Positions 53,401 through 64,000 of a stretch of 64,000 bases of DNA are shown one piece after another. The position numbers were made by a program, and so were the translations under genes. The DNA is from Clostridiales bacterium. Its GTDB lineage: Bacteria; Bacillota; Clostridia; Christensenellales; Borkfalkiaceae. Position 1 is the first letter of the stretch. Every line of letters starts with the position of its first letter. The notes under the pieces were generated by a model. The model had not been told where the DNA came from. It did not search any database and saw only the letters and a program-made list of their open reading frames with translations. The DNA lies in NCBI GenBank assembly GCA_015055735.1, contig SVHP01000001.1:10506-74505 (forward strand), given 5' to 3'.

Positions 53401-53883
53401 GGCTGGAGAAAACACGCTTTCAACCCTTGTATACCCCATAAATACCAGCTTGCTGATTATATCGGACTGACTAACGTCTTGATTTTTTTGTAATTCAATT
53501 TGATACAACTTTGTCGGAGCAGTTTGCATAAGTGCTTCGGCAGTGGTCACGATAACGTCACAGTTATCGATAGACGAAAAAGCCATCATTCTTGCGTAAG
53601 CGTTATCTTTAGAATAGGCTTTATTCATCAATAAAATCTCGTCTTTAGGTGGCAAGTAGACTGCTTTTTTCCCTGCAAGTTCGTTCACTGCATCGACTGC
53701 AATTCTTGCAGTTATAGAGTCCTTTACTATGTAAAGCACCTTTTCATCAAGAATAGAAACTAGATAATTCTTAAAGGCGTCGGACACGCCAAAAACCGCC
53801 GAAGGTATGCCTTGGCGGACGGCTGAACAAAACTCGTTTAATGAGTTTTGGTTATTTTTTAGTGCTAAAATTTTATCGAGCAT
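50482..53883 (-). CDS. mfd: Transcription-repair coupling factor
   Basis: 1133 aa. UvrB-homology N-terminus, CarD-like RID, SF2 helicase motifs (GDVGFGKTEVA, DEEQRFG), and TRG motif. Confidence 0.95.
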   Translation of the reverse strand: MLDKILALKNNQNSLNEFCSAVRQGIPSAVFGVSDAFKNYLVSILDEKVLYIVKDSITARIAVDAVNELAGKKAVYLPPKDEILLMNKAYSKDNAYARMMAFSSIDNCDVIVTTAEALMQTAPTKLYQIELQKNQDVSQSDIISKLVFMGYTRVESVFSPATFAVRGDIIDLYPINMDCAIRIDFFGDNIEAIKKYDVDTRENLGYVDSASVLQTTEFVYNDDSFDDFKRILQKEIEDSSKEQKRRRRELYDDICLLMEKGDFDGLNVLSVLSKDCGTVFDLLDKNTVVIFDESKRIHEIASLNRTEFTERFNSLNQGGEVFSFAQKNFMSIEELIEKVKKFRVCAVQTLSTIIPFFNPLKIINPSNSAVADYQLDFKEVFQDIDNWLKSGYSITVCTGDLKRAENFSHELFARGIACSIENSNSKLLGVDIKLQKLTRGFIFHEQKAVVIGSGNLFSKPVSARKLKSKKQNFFTAPEVGDYCVHEVHGVGRVLGNKKLSSTEGTKDYVAVEYAGGDILYVPVEQMDILTRYLGGEKKPKLSKIGGKDFERVKARVKESIKKMSFDLKRLYQERDEQKGFKFTEDKELQSVFEGSFPFEDTPDQVQANQDICKDMTSSRVMDRLVCGDVGFGKTEVAFRAVFRAIVSGKQVAMLAPTTILTEQHYNTAVQRFKDFGVKIAVLNRFKTPKQQGEIIAGLKDGSIDFIIGTHRLLSKDVEFKDLGLLVLDEEQRFGVEHKEKIKLLKTNVDAITLTATPIPRTLHMSLSGIRSISTINTPPKKRLPVQTYVTEESDMLIKDAITREINRGGQAFILYNRVDSIFNFADRIKSILPNLKFTVVHGQMEEKTMETNVMGFYQGQTDVLISTTIIENGIDLPKANTIIVIDADRLGLSTLYQLKGRVGRSDRLAYAYFTFKREKILTDTAFERLNAIVEFAEMGSGIKIAMRDLEIRGAGNILGAEQHGHMEKIGYELYSKLLREEISGKEEIMPELDIRVTAFIPDKYIESSITRMDAYKEIAEISSLEAEKEFREMMQETYGRLPDEADNLINIAVVKLLAMKLGVKMVVINREQAKLVLNDFSVLANQKLTRAIDEFNEIVKISMSVEPTLEFEKNGQTNEQTLFQIKSFLIFAN

Positions 53884-53928
53884 AATATCCCCAATAGGTT
53901 ATTTTTTACACTTTTTTCGGCTTTATAA

Positions 53929-54501
53929 CTAGCCTTTTTTATTATATCTTTGCATTATATACTGAATATCTTTACCGTTAGCAAAATCGTAAAGCGCCTT
54001 TGCCCCGTTTTCTAAAATGCTATCAAATATAGGCTTATCTTCAATACTAATTCCCGATAGCACGTAGTTTATAAGGGGTATTTGCAATTCAGTTCTAGGC
54101 TTAAAACCAATTCTAACTCTAGGAAAATTAGTTAGCCCTAATCTTTCAACGATATTTCGCATACCGTTATGAGTGCCTGCTGAACCACTTTCTCTAATTC
54201 TGCACTCGCCTATATAGATATCGTAATCGTCGTAGACGACTATTAAATCTTTTGGCGAAATCTTAAAGAAAGAAGTTAGTTCTTGCACGCTTTCACCGCT
54301 TAGGTTCATATAGGTTTGAGGTTTTGCTAAAATAATTTTTTCGCCTTTAATGTTTGTTTGCGCAATAAGCGCACGACATTTAGATTTATCAAACCCAACG
54401 TCTAGCATTTGGGCTAGTTTATCCACACACATAAACCCTAAGTTATGAAAGGTGTTTTTGTATTTATCGTCGGGGTTGCCTAACCCCACAATTAGTTTCA
54501 T
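53929..54501 (-). CDS. pth: Peptidyl-tRNA hydrolase
   Basis: MKLIVGLGNPDDKY..T.HN.GF and THNG motifs. Confidence 0.93.
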   Translation of the reverse strand: MKLIVGLGNPDDKYKNTFHNLGFMCVDKLAQMLDVGFDKSKCRALIAQTNIKGEKIILAKPQTYMNLSGESVQELTSFFKISPKDLIVVYDDYDIYIGECRIRESGSAGTHNGMRNIVERLGLTNFPRVRIGFKPRTELQIPLINYVLSGISIEDKPIFDSILENGAKALYDFANGKDIQYIMQRYNKKG

Positions 54502-54520
54502 ATTCTATCCCCACTAAAAA

Positions 54521-54541
54521 AGCCGTTTCAAATCAACGGCT
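54521..54541 (-). terminator. Intrinsic terminator after prs
   Basis: AGCCGTT pairs with AACGGCT. On the minus strand it is followed by TTTTTT. Confidence 0.6.
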
Positions 54542-54561
54542 TTTTCCAAAAATAAATTTTA

Positions 54562-55512
54562 TTATTCGTAAATTGCAGAAAGTGAAGAATCCGAATAGAT
54601 TGAAGTGATTGCCTTTGCGATTAGTTTTGCGCAAGAAACAACTTTAACCTTTGAACAATTTCTAACGCTTTCAGGAAGGTCGATAGTATCTAAAACAACG
54701 ATTTCCTTAATAGGTGAAGCGATAAGTCTTTCCATAGCAGGTCCACTTAAAACGCCGTGAGTACAGCAAGCGAAGATTTCCTTTGCGCCGTTTTTAGCAA
54801 GCGCTTCTGCACCTTGACAAATAGTACCTGCCGTATCAATCATATCGTCTATCATAATACACGTTTTACCTTTTACGTCGCCGATAACGTTCATAACTTC
54901 AACTGCGTTTGCCTTTGGACGACGCTTGTCCACGATAGCGAGCGCTGCATCTACTCTAGAAGCGAAGTTTCTCGCTCTACCAACAGAGCCAACGTCAGGT
55001 GAAACTACAACCCAGTTTTCATCCATCTTCTTCTTGAAATACTTAGTAAGAAGTGGAGCGCCGTATAAGTGGTCAACGGGAATATCGAAAAAGCCTTGAA
55101 TTTGCGCAGCGTGAAGATCCATAGTTAGAACTCTATCAGCGCCTGCAGTAGTCAAGATATCTGCAACTAACTTTGCCGTAATAGGGTCTCTAGGACGAGC
55201 CTTTCTATCTTGTCTAGCATAGCCAAAGTATGGAATAACAGCTGTAATTCTACCAGCCGATGCTCTCTTACAAGCGTCGATCATGATAAGAAGTTCCATA
55301 AGGTTATCGTTTACAGGAATAGAAGTAGATTGTATAATAAACACGTCTCTACCTCTAACCGTTTGTGGAAGAGTAGTGCTTATTTCACCGTCAGAGAACT
55401 TGCTAACTTCAGCGTCGCTCAATGTCAAGCCTAATTCTTCAGCTACTGCTTTTGCTAGAGGGATATTTGAATTCCCTGCCAACACCTCAATTTGGTTACC
55501 GTGTGTAATCAT
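54562..55512 (-). CDS. prs: Ribose-phosphate pyrophosphokinase
   Basis: DLHA.QIQGFF and the PRPP-binding loop [11 protein letters not shown]. The start is taken at MITHGNQ (ATG 55512), which has AGGAG upstream. Confidence 0.93.
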   Translation of the reverse strand: MITHGNQIEVLAGNSNIPLAKAVAEELGLTLSDAEVSKFSDGEISTTLPQTVRGRDVFIIQSTSIPVNDNLMELLIMIDACKRASAGRITAVIPYFGYARQDRKARPRDPITAKLVADILTTAGADRVLTMDLHAAQIQGFFDIPVDHLYGAPLLTKYFKKKMDENWVVVSPDVGSVGRARNFASRVDAALAIVDKRRPKANAVEVMNVIGDVKGKTCIMIDDMIDTAGTICQGAEALAKNGAKEIFACCTHGVLSGPAMERLIASPIKEIVVLDTIDLPESVRNCSKVKVVSCAKLIAKAITSIYSDSSLSAIYE

Positions 55513-55582
55513 TTTATTTTTTCTCCTAATGTAACTTTGTGTACATATAGTACCTATTTTAGTTGTACCACAAATCTCGATT

Positions 55583-56029
55583 TTAGTCAAGACTTTTTAT
55601 ACATCTCTTCCCTTTAAAATAATTTTTTATTATATTTGCACAATTCTCTTGCAATAATCCACCCTCAAATTGTGTTTTATGGTTAAGTCCACTATCGGTT
55701 AAAATACAAAACTTACTTATTGCCCCACCGCTCTTACTCTCGTAAGCGCCAAAGTAAACCTTACTAATTCTAGCATTTACGATTGCACCTGCGCACATAG
55801 GACAAGGCTCCATAGTCACGTACATTTCTGCGCCGTCTAATCGCCAACTCCCCACTTTCTTGCAAGCCTTAGTTATGGCTAGTATTTCGGCGTGAGCAGT
55901 TGGATCTTGCCTTTTTTCAACTAAGTTATACGCCCTTGATAAAACCACTCCGTCCTTTACTATTACAGCACCGATAGGCACTTCGTCTTTTAAGACTGCC
56001 TTCATCGCCTGCTTTATTGCCATTTTCAT
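55583..56029 (-). CDS. tadA: tRNA adenosine(34) deaminase
   Basis: HAEILAI and PCPMCAGA zinc motifs. The ATG at 56029 overlaps the upstream stop as ATGA; the track start at 56044 is also possible. Confidence 0.88.
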   Translation of the reverse strand: MKMAIKQAMKAVLKDEVPIGAVIVKDGVVLSRAYNLVEKRQDPTAHAEILAITKACKKVGSWRLDGAEMYVTMEPCPMCAGAIVNARISKVYFGAYESKSGGAISKFCILTDSGLNHKTQFEGGLLQENCANIIKNYFKGKRCIKSLD

Positions 56030-56814
56030 AAATTTTTCTTGCATATTAACTCCGTTAAAGTTTGAACGCTAGCGTCTATCACGCCCTTATTTTCTTTGTA
56101 TATTTGGTCTAAATGCTCTTTAGTTATTGGGTGAGATAAACTATCACTACCCACTTCTATGGTAAGAGCAGGAATTTTTAATTTCTGAATACACCAATCC
56201 TTATATCCACCTGCCGAATTAGGCGTACTTTTGATAGCGTAACCAGTCGCATCGGACACGCTTTTTGCAAACAAATAGTCCCTTTTCTTACGCTTTTCGT
56301 CTTGAAAAAACTCGTAATAAATTTCTTGACCTTTTGAGTGATAACTTATTGTTGCATGTGGTTTTATACTAAGTGTAAAATCCCTAATAGCCCTTGTTTC
56401 TGGCTCGCAAAAGGCATATTCGCCCACGTAATTTTGGCTTGCTTTGCAAAAGACGTTTTGCTCTCCACTCCCAAAATTTGCGTCAAAATTGACGTTTAAG
56501 TCCACGCCGTTAGCGTTTGCTTTATAAAGTGGATTTTGCTCTAACGCTATCTTCACGCCGTCGGGATTTAACATAGGCAAGAAATATACGCTCGCTTTAC
56601 TTTTTGAGTTTTTATAATCTTCAATCAGTTTTATTGCTAGATAAGAAGTTATATATTCTCTAGCGTGTATGGAAAACTGAACAATTAGTTTTGGCTTTTC
56701 AGCCTTCTTAACTGCAAGATAGTAAATCGGTCTATTATTTACGCTCCTACCTATTATACCCTTTTCGCCCTTAAAGGCATTATAATAATTTTCAACCTTA
56801 TCTAAAATATCCAT
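56026..56814 (-). CDS. M14 family zinc carboxypeptidase (gamma-D-glutamyl-meso-DAP peptidase-like)
   Basis: SIHAREYIT (HxxE zinc site), NPDG, and VNFDANF motifs. Confidence 0.7.
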   Translation of the reverse strand: MDILDKVENYYNAFKGEKGIIGRSVNNRPIYYLAVKKAEKPKLIVQFSIHAREYITSYLAIKLIEDYKNSKSKASVYFLPMLNPDGVKIALEQNPLYKANANGVDLNVNFDANFGSGEQNVFCKASQNYVGEYAFCEPETRAIRDFTLSIKPHATISYHSKGQEIYYEFFQDEKRKKRDYLFAKSVSDATGYAIKSTPNSAGGYKDWCIQKLKIPALTIEVGSDSLSHPITKEHLDQIYKENKGVIDASVQTLTELICKKNL

Positions 56815-56829
56815 ACATAATTGTATGCA

Positions 56830-57303
56830 TTATTTATGATATCCACTACCTGTAATAATGGAAAACGCCCTATAAATTTGTTCTGAAAGCATTAACCTAA
56901 ACAAAGTATGTGGAAAGGTCATATCCGAAAAAGACAACAGTTTATCAGCACGACTTTTTACCCTATCGCTAAGCCCGTAAGAACCACCGATAACGAAGGT
57001 TATAACCCCGTTTCCACCATCTATAAGCGATTTGATTTGATTAGCAAACTTTTGGCTATCGGTTTTAGTACCTTCTATCGCCATAGCAAAAACGTAACCT
57101 TTTAAGTGTGGTAAAATTCTATCGGCTTCTTTTTCTTTTATCGTTTGTATTAAAGCATTATCAACCTTTGTAAAATTTTCTTCGCTCACTTCAATAATCG
57201 AAAAATCTGCAAACTTGCCCATGCGTTTTGCATATTCATTTATACCTTCTGAAAAGTATTTTTCTTTAACTTTTCCAACAACGACTAAATTTACCTTAAC
57301 CAT
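56830..57303 (-). CDS. rlmH: 23S rRNA (pseudouridine1915-N3)-methyltransferase
   Basis: 157-aa SPOUT protein. C-terminal FVIGGSYG...LS.S.MTFPH...R..L.EQ.YRA. Confidence 0.9.
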   Translation of the reverse strand: MVKVNLVVVGKVKEKYFSEGINEYAKRMGKFADFSIIEVSEENFTKVDNALIQTIKEKEADRILPHLKGYVFAMAIEGTKTDSQKFANQIKSLIDGGNGVITFVIGGSYGLSDRVKSRADKLLSFSDMTFPHTLFRLMLSEQIYRAFSIITGSGYHK

Positions 57304-57311
57304 ACTTCCCC

Positions 57312-58196
57312 TTATGCGAATAAATTACCTAGCATAATTATCAAACACATGCCAATTCCAAAAAGCCCGAAAGGTAAATAAAAGAACTTAACACCCTTTT
57401 TTGGAACTTGTTGTTCTTGCCCTTTTAGTCCAAAATAACTAATCAAAAAGTAGCCGATAAGAGCAAGTAATCCTAGCGCAATCAACAAAGCGTTAGTCAA
57501 ATCCACGTTCACTTTTAGATAAGTTAATAGTAAAATTGAAAAATTGTTTATAAAATGCGCAATTATGCAAGGAATAACGCTCTTTGCAACAATCGCTAAT
57601 AAGCAAAAGGCAACTCCGTAAATAAATTGATATACAAACTGTGATACTGAACAGTGGTACAATGCAAAGCATAAACCAACTGTAAATATTCTCACGAGTA
57701 AATTTTCGCCTTTTAGCGAGTTTAAAAGTATTCCCCTAAATAGCAATTCTTCAAAAACGGCGGGAAGTAGCGCTATCGTAACCGAGAAAAAGATTAACTC
57801 AAATGGGTTATTTAGTGGAATATTTGGCGAAGCAAGGTTTAGCCCTATTCCACCCAAAAATTGAGCGAAAAGCACGTTGACAAAGCCAAGTCCTAAAAAC
57901 ATACCAACCGATAGTAATATTGCAGTTAATAGGTGTAGTTTATTAAATTTATTAAGGCTTAAAACACTAATCGAACGGTTTTTAACTTTTATTTGATAAA
58001 CGATAACCAAAATCAAAGCGAGTGGCGAAACGAGAGAGTTTACAGCCACGAATAAAGTGCTATTACTATCGGTAAAAGCCAATAAAATAGCTTGAACAAA
58101 AAAGGCTAATACGATATAGCCGACCATTAAAATTGCAAACGACAACCCACCGTCCGTTTGCATGAGTGGATAAGTTTGTGTTTTGCTTTTTTTCAT
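57312..58196 (-). CDS. CPBP family intramembrane glutamic endopeptidase
   Basis: Polytopic membrane protein with EELLFRG, FALYH and HFINN motifs. Confidence 0.8.
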   Translation of the reverse strand: MKKSKTQTYPLMQTDGGLSFAILMVGYIVLAFFVQAILLAFTDSNSTLFVAVNSLVSPLALILVIVYQIKVKNRSISVLSLNKFNKLHLLTAILLSVGMFLGLGFVNVLFAQFLGGIGLNLASPNIPLNNPFELIFFSVTIALLPAVFEELLFRGILLNSLKGENLLVRIFTVGLCFALYHCSVSQFVYQFIYGVAFCLLAIVAKSVIPCIIAHFINNFSILLLTYLKVNVDLTNALLIALGLLALIGYFLISYFGLKGQEQQVPKKGVKFFYLPFGLFGIGMCLIIMLGNLFA

Positions 58197-58280
58197 AACT
58201 TTATTTTACAATATTTTTGATAATTAGTAAATCAAAATTTAAGTTCATATTTATAAATACAAGCTTAATACAAAAAAATT

Positions 58281-58306
58281 ATGCCTTGCAAGAACTTGCA
58301 AGGCAT
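58281..58306 (-). terminator. Intrinsic terminator after guaB
   Basis: ATGCCTTGCAAG-AA-CTTGCAAGGCAT, a 12-bp stem. On the minus strand it is followed by AATTTTTTTG. Confidence 0.7.
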
Positions 58307-58311
58307 ATTTA

Positions 58312-59790
<1,479 letters not shown>

Positions 59791-60411
59791 CTAATTTAAT
59801 GTGTTTAAGATTTTTATGTATTGTAAATCTTTATTTCTATATTCTTTTTGCTCGTTATTTTTACATCTTGCATCTTTAATTGCCTTTTCAACTTGAGCAG
59901 TTTGTTCATCAGTAAACTTAAAGCGATACTCGTCTAATAGCGTACTTAGAGGATTGAATTTAGTATATCCGTTAGTTTTTACAAACTCGTTTGCAACTTC
60001 TAACGCCTTATCGAATTTTTCATTTTTATATAGCACGCTTGCATAATAACCATAATAATATTCTTTGGTAGTTAGTTCGTAATCATCTTTACCCAAGTTC
60101 TCCCTATCCGAAGCCAAACAAAAAGTATTAAAATCTTCCCTAGCGATAAGCATATCCAAATATTTTTCTTGACGTAAACTATCTTGGTTTGCGTAAGTCT
60201 TATCAACGATATCGATTAAATCTTGAATATCGTCAGTTTTTTCATAATTCATTTGATATAAAAAAATGGACGCATTGTTTGCCCCCAAATTATCAAAAAT
60301 ATCCGCAACGGTTTTAGGCGTTAAAATAGATAACACACCAAAAACAATCGCCAATAAACTAACGATTGATGCAAGTGTAATCGCTACTGTCTTAGTAATC
60401 AAATTTTTCAT
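59791..60411 (-). CDS. Hypothetical membrane-anchored protein
   Basis: 206 aa with a single N-terminal TM helix. The helical extracytoplasmic part has no family I recognise. Lies 24 nt upstream of guaB. Confidence 0.55.
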   Translation of the reverse strand: MKNLITKTVAITLASIVSLLAIVFGVLSILTPKTVADIFDNLGANNASIFLYQMNYEKTDDIQDLIDIVDKTYANQDSLRQEKYLDMLIAREDFNTFCLASDRENLGKDDYELTTKEYYYGYYASVLYKNEKFDKALEVANEFVKTNGYTKFNPLSTLLDEYRFKFTDEQTAQVEKAIKDARCKNNEQKEYRNKDLQYIKILNTLN

Positions 60412-60553
60412 AATACTTCTCTATCCTAAAATATATATTTTTATTATTTTAGCAAAGATTAAAATAAAAATCAATTCTTTAAGCGCAAAATTTTATAATT
60501 CATAGAATTACTTTTATTTTTTTCTCATAAAATTAGGTATATTAGGAGGAATT

Positions 60554-61231
60554 ATGAAAAAATTCAAGTTATCAATAGCACTTATAACGCTATCTCTATT
60601 TATCCTAGCCACCTTTAGTGGTTGCGAAAAGCCTATCGACCTATCCGAATATCTCACCGAATTAAAATACCAAAGTTACGCAAACCAAGATTGCGAATAC
60701 GTGATAAAGGCAAATTACGGTTTTATTGAAGATAACCACGTAACCGACGGCAAAGTTGGTAAAAAGACAAATTTACTAACTTTTAAATTGCTAGATAGAC
60801 AAACGGACAACGTCACTTACACGGTAAGTTTAGATTTTAACGGCGTAAACTACAAATCAAATTTTAAGTTAAGTCCCGTTTCGCACTCTCTTGTTGCCGT
60901 TATCGAAATAAACGACTTTAACTTAAACGAGTTTGAAATCACACTATCTCACTCTTCTGAAAACGTAAAAACCACTTTGACTTCTATTTTGCCTGAAAAC
61001 ACCATAACCTACAAGCAGGCCCTAACTCATTTACAAACCCAACAATCGCAACTGATAGCCTCTTATATCGACCAGGACGGGCGTTTCAACGGCGAAATTG
61101 CGGCTAGAATTTTAGTTAAAGACGAGCATCCTTATTGGTATATCGGATTATGTGATAAAGACGGTAATTTAAAGGCGCTTTTGATAGACGGCTTCAATGG
61201 AGAAATTTTGGCAATTAGACAAATATTTTAA
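60554..61231 (+). CDS. Hypothetical lipoprotein (PepSY-like C-terminus)
   Basis: Lipobox ATFSGC after a signal sequence. AGGAGG RBS. C-terminal ...DGNLKALLIDGFNGEILAI is PepSY-like. Confidence 0.55.
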   Translation: MKKFKLSIALITLSLFILATFSGCEKPIDLSEYLTELKYQSYANQDCEYVIKANYGFIEDNHVTDGKVGKKTNLLTFKLLDRQTDNVTYTVSLDFNGVNYKSNFKLSPVSHSLVAVIEINDFNLNEFEITLSHSSENVKTTLTSILPENTITYKQALTHLQTQQSQLIASYIDQDGRFNGEIAARILVKDEHPYWYIGLCDKDGNLKALLIDGFNGEILAIRQIF

Positions 61232-61291
61232 ATACGTTTAATATTAGCAAACGACTTCTTTTTACCTTGCTTTATAAAATATGAAAAAAGG

Positions 61292-61320
61292 TTGCATTTT
61301 TCAAAAGCATATGCTATAAT
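61292..61320 (+). promoter_or_regulatory. Candidate putP promoter, TTGCAT-17-TATAAT
   Basis: TTGCAT (61292-61297), a 17-nt spacer, TATAAT (61315-61320). An ordinary leader with AAGGAGA RBS follows. Confidence 0.55.
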
Positions 61321-61361
61321 AGTTTAATGTAAATTTTTGTCTACAAAAGGAGATTTTGTTT

Positions 61362-62885
61362 ATGGACCTTTTAGCCTTTATTTTGTATTTTGCGCTAATT
61401 CTTGCCGTAGGGCTTTACTTTTTCTTCCGTTCTAAAAACAATGGCGAAAAAGAATACTTTTTAGGTGGTCGCTCTATGGGCCCTTGGGTAACAGCTATGA
61501 GCGCCCAAGCATCTGATATGTCCGGCTGGCTTTTAATGGGTTTCCCTGGTAGTATTATTGCTCTCGGTATGGGACAAGTTTGGATCGGTATAGGTCTTGC
61601 ACTTGGCACTGCCGCTAACTGGATTTTAGTCGCAAATCGCTTACGCCGTTTTTCAAGAGCGTCTGGCGATGCTATCACCCTTCCACAATACTTGACAAAT
61701 CGTTTTGCTTCAAAGAGCCCTTTACTTAAAATTATTTGCGCAATTATCTTTTTAATTAGTTTTACCATTTACGTAGCTTCGGCTTTCGTTGCAGGTAAAA
61801 ACGTTATGTGCGCAGTTATACCTGGACTTGACAATCAACCTATGCTAGCTATGGGTATATTTGCGCTTTTGATTTTAGCGTACACTTTCTTAGGTGGTTA
61901 TAAAGCAGTTTGTTGGACGGACTTCTTCCAAGGCATCTTGATGTTAATCGCGCTACTCGCAGTCCCTATTTTGATGTCCATAACAGGTTCTTTTGATCCT
62001 TCTTATAGCGGTGCATTTGTAGAAGGCGTTAAGCCTTTTGGTTCTAATCCTTTCGCCGCTTCTTGGCAAGAAATAGCGACGGGGCTTGGTTGGGGACTAG
62101 GATATTTCGGTATGCCACACATCTTAGTTCGTTTTATGGCTATTAAGAAACCATCTATGATTAAAAAATCAGCGTCAGTTGCAATTATTTGGGTTGTTTT
62201 AACTTTAGGTGCTGCTATTGCTATCGCAATTCTAGGTAGAACTTTTATTTTTAGCGATGGTTCTTCGCTTGCAGAAATTCTTCTTCCTTCTGGCGATCAA
62301 CAAAACATATTTATAGTGGTTGTACAAAAAATCTTCCCACCGTTTGTGGTTGGTCTTTTGCTCGCCGCAATTATTGCAGCCGCTATGTCAACGGCGGACT
62401 CTCAACTTCTCGTTGCTTCGTCTTCGTTTACTAGCGACATTTATAAACCACTATTACGCAAAGACAAATCTTCGGATCGCGAAGTTTTATGGGTTGGCCG
62501 TATAGTCGTTCTTATCGTTGCAGTCGTTGCATTCGTTATTGCAGCTTCTGGCGTAAGCAACAAAGATAGTTGGGCAAACAGTATTATGAGTATGGTTGAA
62601 AACGCTTGGGGATTATTTGGTGCTTCGTTTGGACCTGTCGTAATTCTATCACTATTCTGGAAAAGACTTAACTATTCGGGCGCTGTCGCAGGAATTATCG
62701 CTGGCGCAGTAGTAGATATCGTTTGGCTACTAACTCTTACTAGTACCACGGGTGTTTATGAAATCATCCCTGGATTTGTAATAGGTTTAATTGCAGCTAT
62801 CGTAGTTTCACTTTGTACTAAAGCACCTTCAGAAGAAGTCAACGCTATTTTCGCTTCGGCAACTGACCCTTCTATCGACGACTAA
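61362..62885 (+). CDS. putP: Sodium:solute symporter family transporter (PutP-like sodium/proline symporter)
   Basis: About 13 TM segments with the N-terminal YFLGGRSMGPWV..MS..ASDMSGW signature. The start is taken at the ATG at 61362, 8 nt after AAGGAGA. Confidence 0.85.
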   Translation: MDLLAFILYFALILAVGLYFFFRSKNNGEKEYFLGGRSMGPWVTAMSAQASDMSGWLLMGFPGSIIALGMGQVWIGIGLALGTAANWILVANRLRRFSRASGDAITLPQYLTNRFASKSPLLKIICAIIFLISFTIYVASAFVAGKNVMCAVIPGLDNQPMLAMGIFALLILAYTFLGGYKAVCWTDFFQGILMLIALLAVPILMSITGSFDPSYSGAFVEGVKPFGSNPFAASWQEIATGLGWGLGYFGMPHILVRFMAIKKPSMIKKSASVAIIWVVLTLGAAIAIAILGRTFIFSDGSSLAEILLPSGDQQNIFIVVVQKIFPPFVVGLLLAAIIAAAMSTADSQLLVASSSFTSDIYKPLLRKDKSSDREVLWVGRIVVLIVAVVAFVIAASGVSNKDSWANSIMSMVENAWGLFGASFGPVVILSLFWKRLNYSGAVAGIIAGAVVDIVWLLTLTSTTGVYEIIPGFVIGLIAAIVVSLCTKAPSEEVNAIFASATDPSIDD

Positions 62886-62914
62886 TAAGACGATAAATAT
62901 TTAGCGATATAAAA

Positions 62915-62938
62915 AACGGCGATTGAAAAATCGCCGTT
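62915..62938. terminator. Bidirectional intrinsic terminator between putP and ppiB
   Basis: AACGGCGA (62915-62922) pairs with TCGCCGTT (62931-62938). Flanked by A and T runs. Confidence 0.7.
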
Positions 62939-62963
62939 TTTTGTTTTTTATAAATCTAATTTC

Positions 62964-63473
62964 TTATTCTTCAACCATATATACCTTTTTCATAACGATA
63001 GGCTCTACCGGCACGTCGTCGTAATAAGACCAACTTTTAGTAGCAACAGTTGAAATATCGATAGCAACTTGTAAACTTTCTTCATCAGTCACTCTACCGA
63101 AAGCAGCGTATTGAGCATCTAGGTATGCTTGATCATCAACGCAAATAAAGAATTGTGACGATGCAGAGTCAGGTATTATAGTTCTAGCCATAGAAATAAC
63201 GCCTGGTGCATGATGAAGGTCGTTCTTAACGCCGTTAGTAGCAAATTCACCCAAAATAGTTCTTGGAGCTTTTTTCTCTTTTAAGCCGTCGTCGTAAACG
63301 AATCCACCACCTTGAATCATAAATCCAGGGATAACCCTATGGAAACACAATCCGTCGTAAAAACCACTTTTAACAAGGTCGATAAAATTTTCGACCGTTA
63401 TAGGTGCGTGTTCTGGAAGAAGTTCAAGATTTATCTTTCTTCCGTCTTCAAATTCCATACAAACTTTTTTCAT
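62964..63473 (-). CDS. ppiB: Cyclophilin-type peptidyl-prolyl cis-trans isomerase
   Basis: FHRVIPGFMIQGG and SQFFI motifs. 169 aa. Confidence 0.9.
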   Translation of the reverse strand: MKKVCMEFEDGRKINLELLPEHAPITVENFIDLVKSGFYDGLCFHRVIPGFMIQGGGFVYDDGLKEKKAPRTILGEFATNGVKNDLHHAPGVISMARTIIPDSASSQFFICVDDQAYLDAQYAAFGRVTDEESLQVAIDISTVATKSWSYYDDVPVEPIVMKKVYMVEE

Positions 63474-63490
63474 AATTAAATCCTTAAAAC

Positions 63491-64000
63491 TTATTTTTTT
63501 ACGTTAAAGTTATCTTTTAGCGAAACTATTTCGCTTAAAATTTCCTTATCCTTAACTTTCAATCTCTTAAAGTAACCCGTTCTAATAAATTGATAGCTAG
63601 CGTTTTCATCGTTTTCAAAGATATAAGGCTCTACCTTACCATTAAATATTTTAACGCTTTCTTTATTCATTCTTTCCGAGAAATCTTGACCAGGGTACTC
63701 TTCATCGTTAAGTAAATGTCCGTATTTACGAATTTCAACGTCCACAGCTGTGTCGGCGTTAACCCATTGAATAACGCCCTTACACTTAACGCCCGAAATA
63801 TCGTTACCACTCTTACTGTTTTCAACAAAAGAACAAAGAAGTTCCTTTACTTGACCGTCGTCGCCAAGTACCACTTGGTCACACTTGATAATATACGCAC
63901 CCTTTAAGCGAACGTATCCGTCAGGCTTAAGTCTAAAGTATTTTGGTGGTGGGTTAAGCGAGAAATCGTCGGCATCTATATATATATGCTTTGAGAACTC
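63491..64000 (-). CDS. glnS: Glutamine--tRNA ligase, C-terminal part (partial, runs off the right edge)
   Basis: The frame stays open to 64000 (…HIYIDADDFSLNPPPKYFRLKPDGYVRLKGAYIIKCDQ…). GlnRS anticodon-binding features: GVIQWV and YQFIRTGYF. The track's start at 63874 is an internal GTG. Confidence 0.88.
   Translation of the reverse strand, partial: EFSKHIYIDADDFSLNPPPKYFRLKPDGYVRLKGAYIIKCDQVVLGDDGQVKELLCSFVENSKSGNDISGVKCKGVIQWVNADTAVDVEIRKYGHLLNDEEYPGQDFSERMNKESVKIFNGKVEPYIFENDENASYQFIRTGYFKRLKVKDKEILSEIVSLKDNFNVKK

Overview
This is a low-GC, Firmicutes (Clostridia-like) chromosomal segment. It is densely coding and almost entirely transcribed on the minus strand. Most of it is ordinary housekeeping: a metal cluster (copA, feoAB plus a small Cys-rich feo-associated ORF, and a divergent TetR regulator); the classic rimP-nusA-ylxR-ylxQ-infB-rbfA-nrnA-truB-ribF operon preceded by ispG; topoisomerase IV/gyrase-like A and B subunits; rho; argS; ychF; a prs-pth-mfd block; tadA; rlmH; guaB; putP; ppiB; and a partial glnS. 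I saw one tRNA (Gln-CUG) and no rRNA, CRISPR array, transposase or integrase. The one clearly accessory block is an 8-gene phage-derived head and packaging operon (about 22.6-30.8 kb): large terminase, portal, scaffold, capsid and four small or unknown ORFs. It has a host-type consensus promoter and an intrinsic terminator, and no recognisable tail, lysis, integration, repressor or replication genes. This is my best candidate for a novel system (GTA-like or a domesticated capsid module). Other items worth a second look:
- a 508-aa PolC-N-terminus/OB/exonuclease protein at the position where polC normally sits;
- three genes whose consensus promoters sit 6-7 nt from the ATG with no Shine-Dalgarno sequence (leaderless candidates);
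- a dense nest of inverted repeats and a foldable 120-nt non-coding segment flanking a four-helix-bundle (23S IVS/Avd-like) gene next to tRNA-Gln;
- an orphan beta-class DNA methyltransferase next to rho.
All functional calls come from motif recognition in the supplied translations and my own reading of the DNA. No database search was run.
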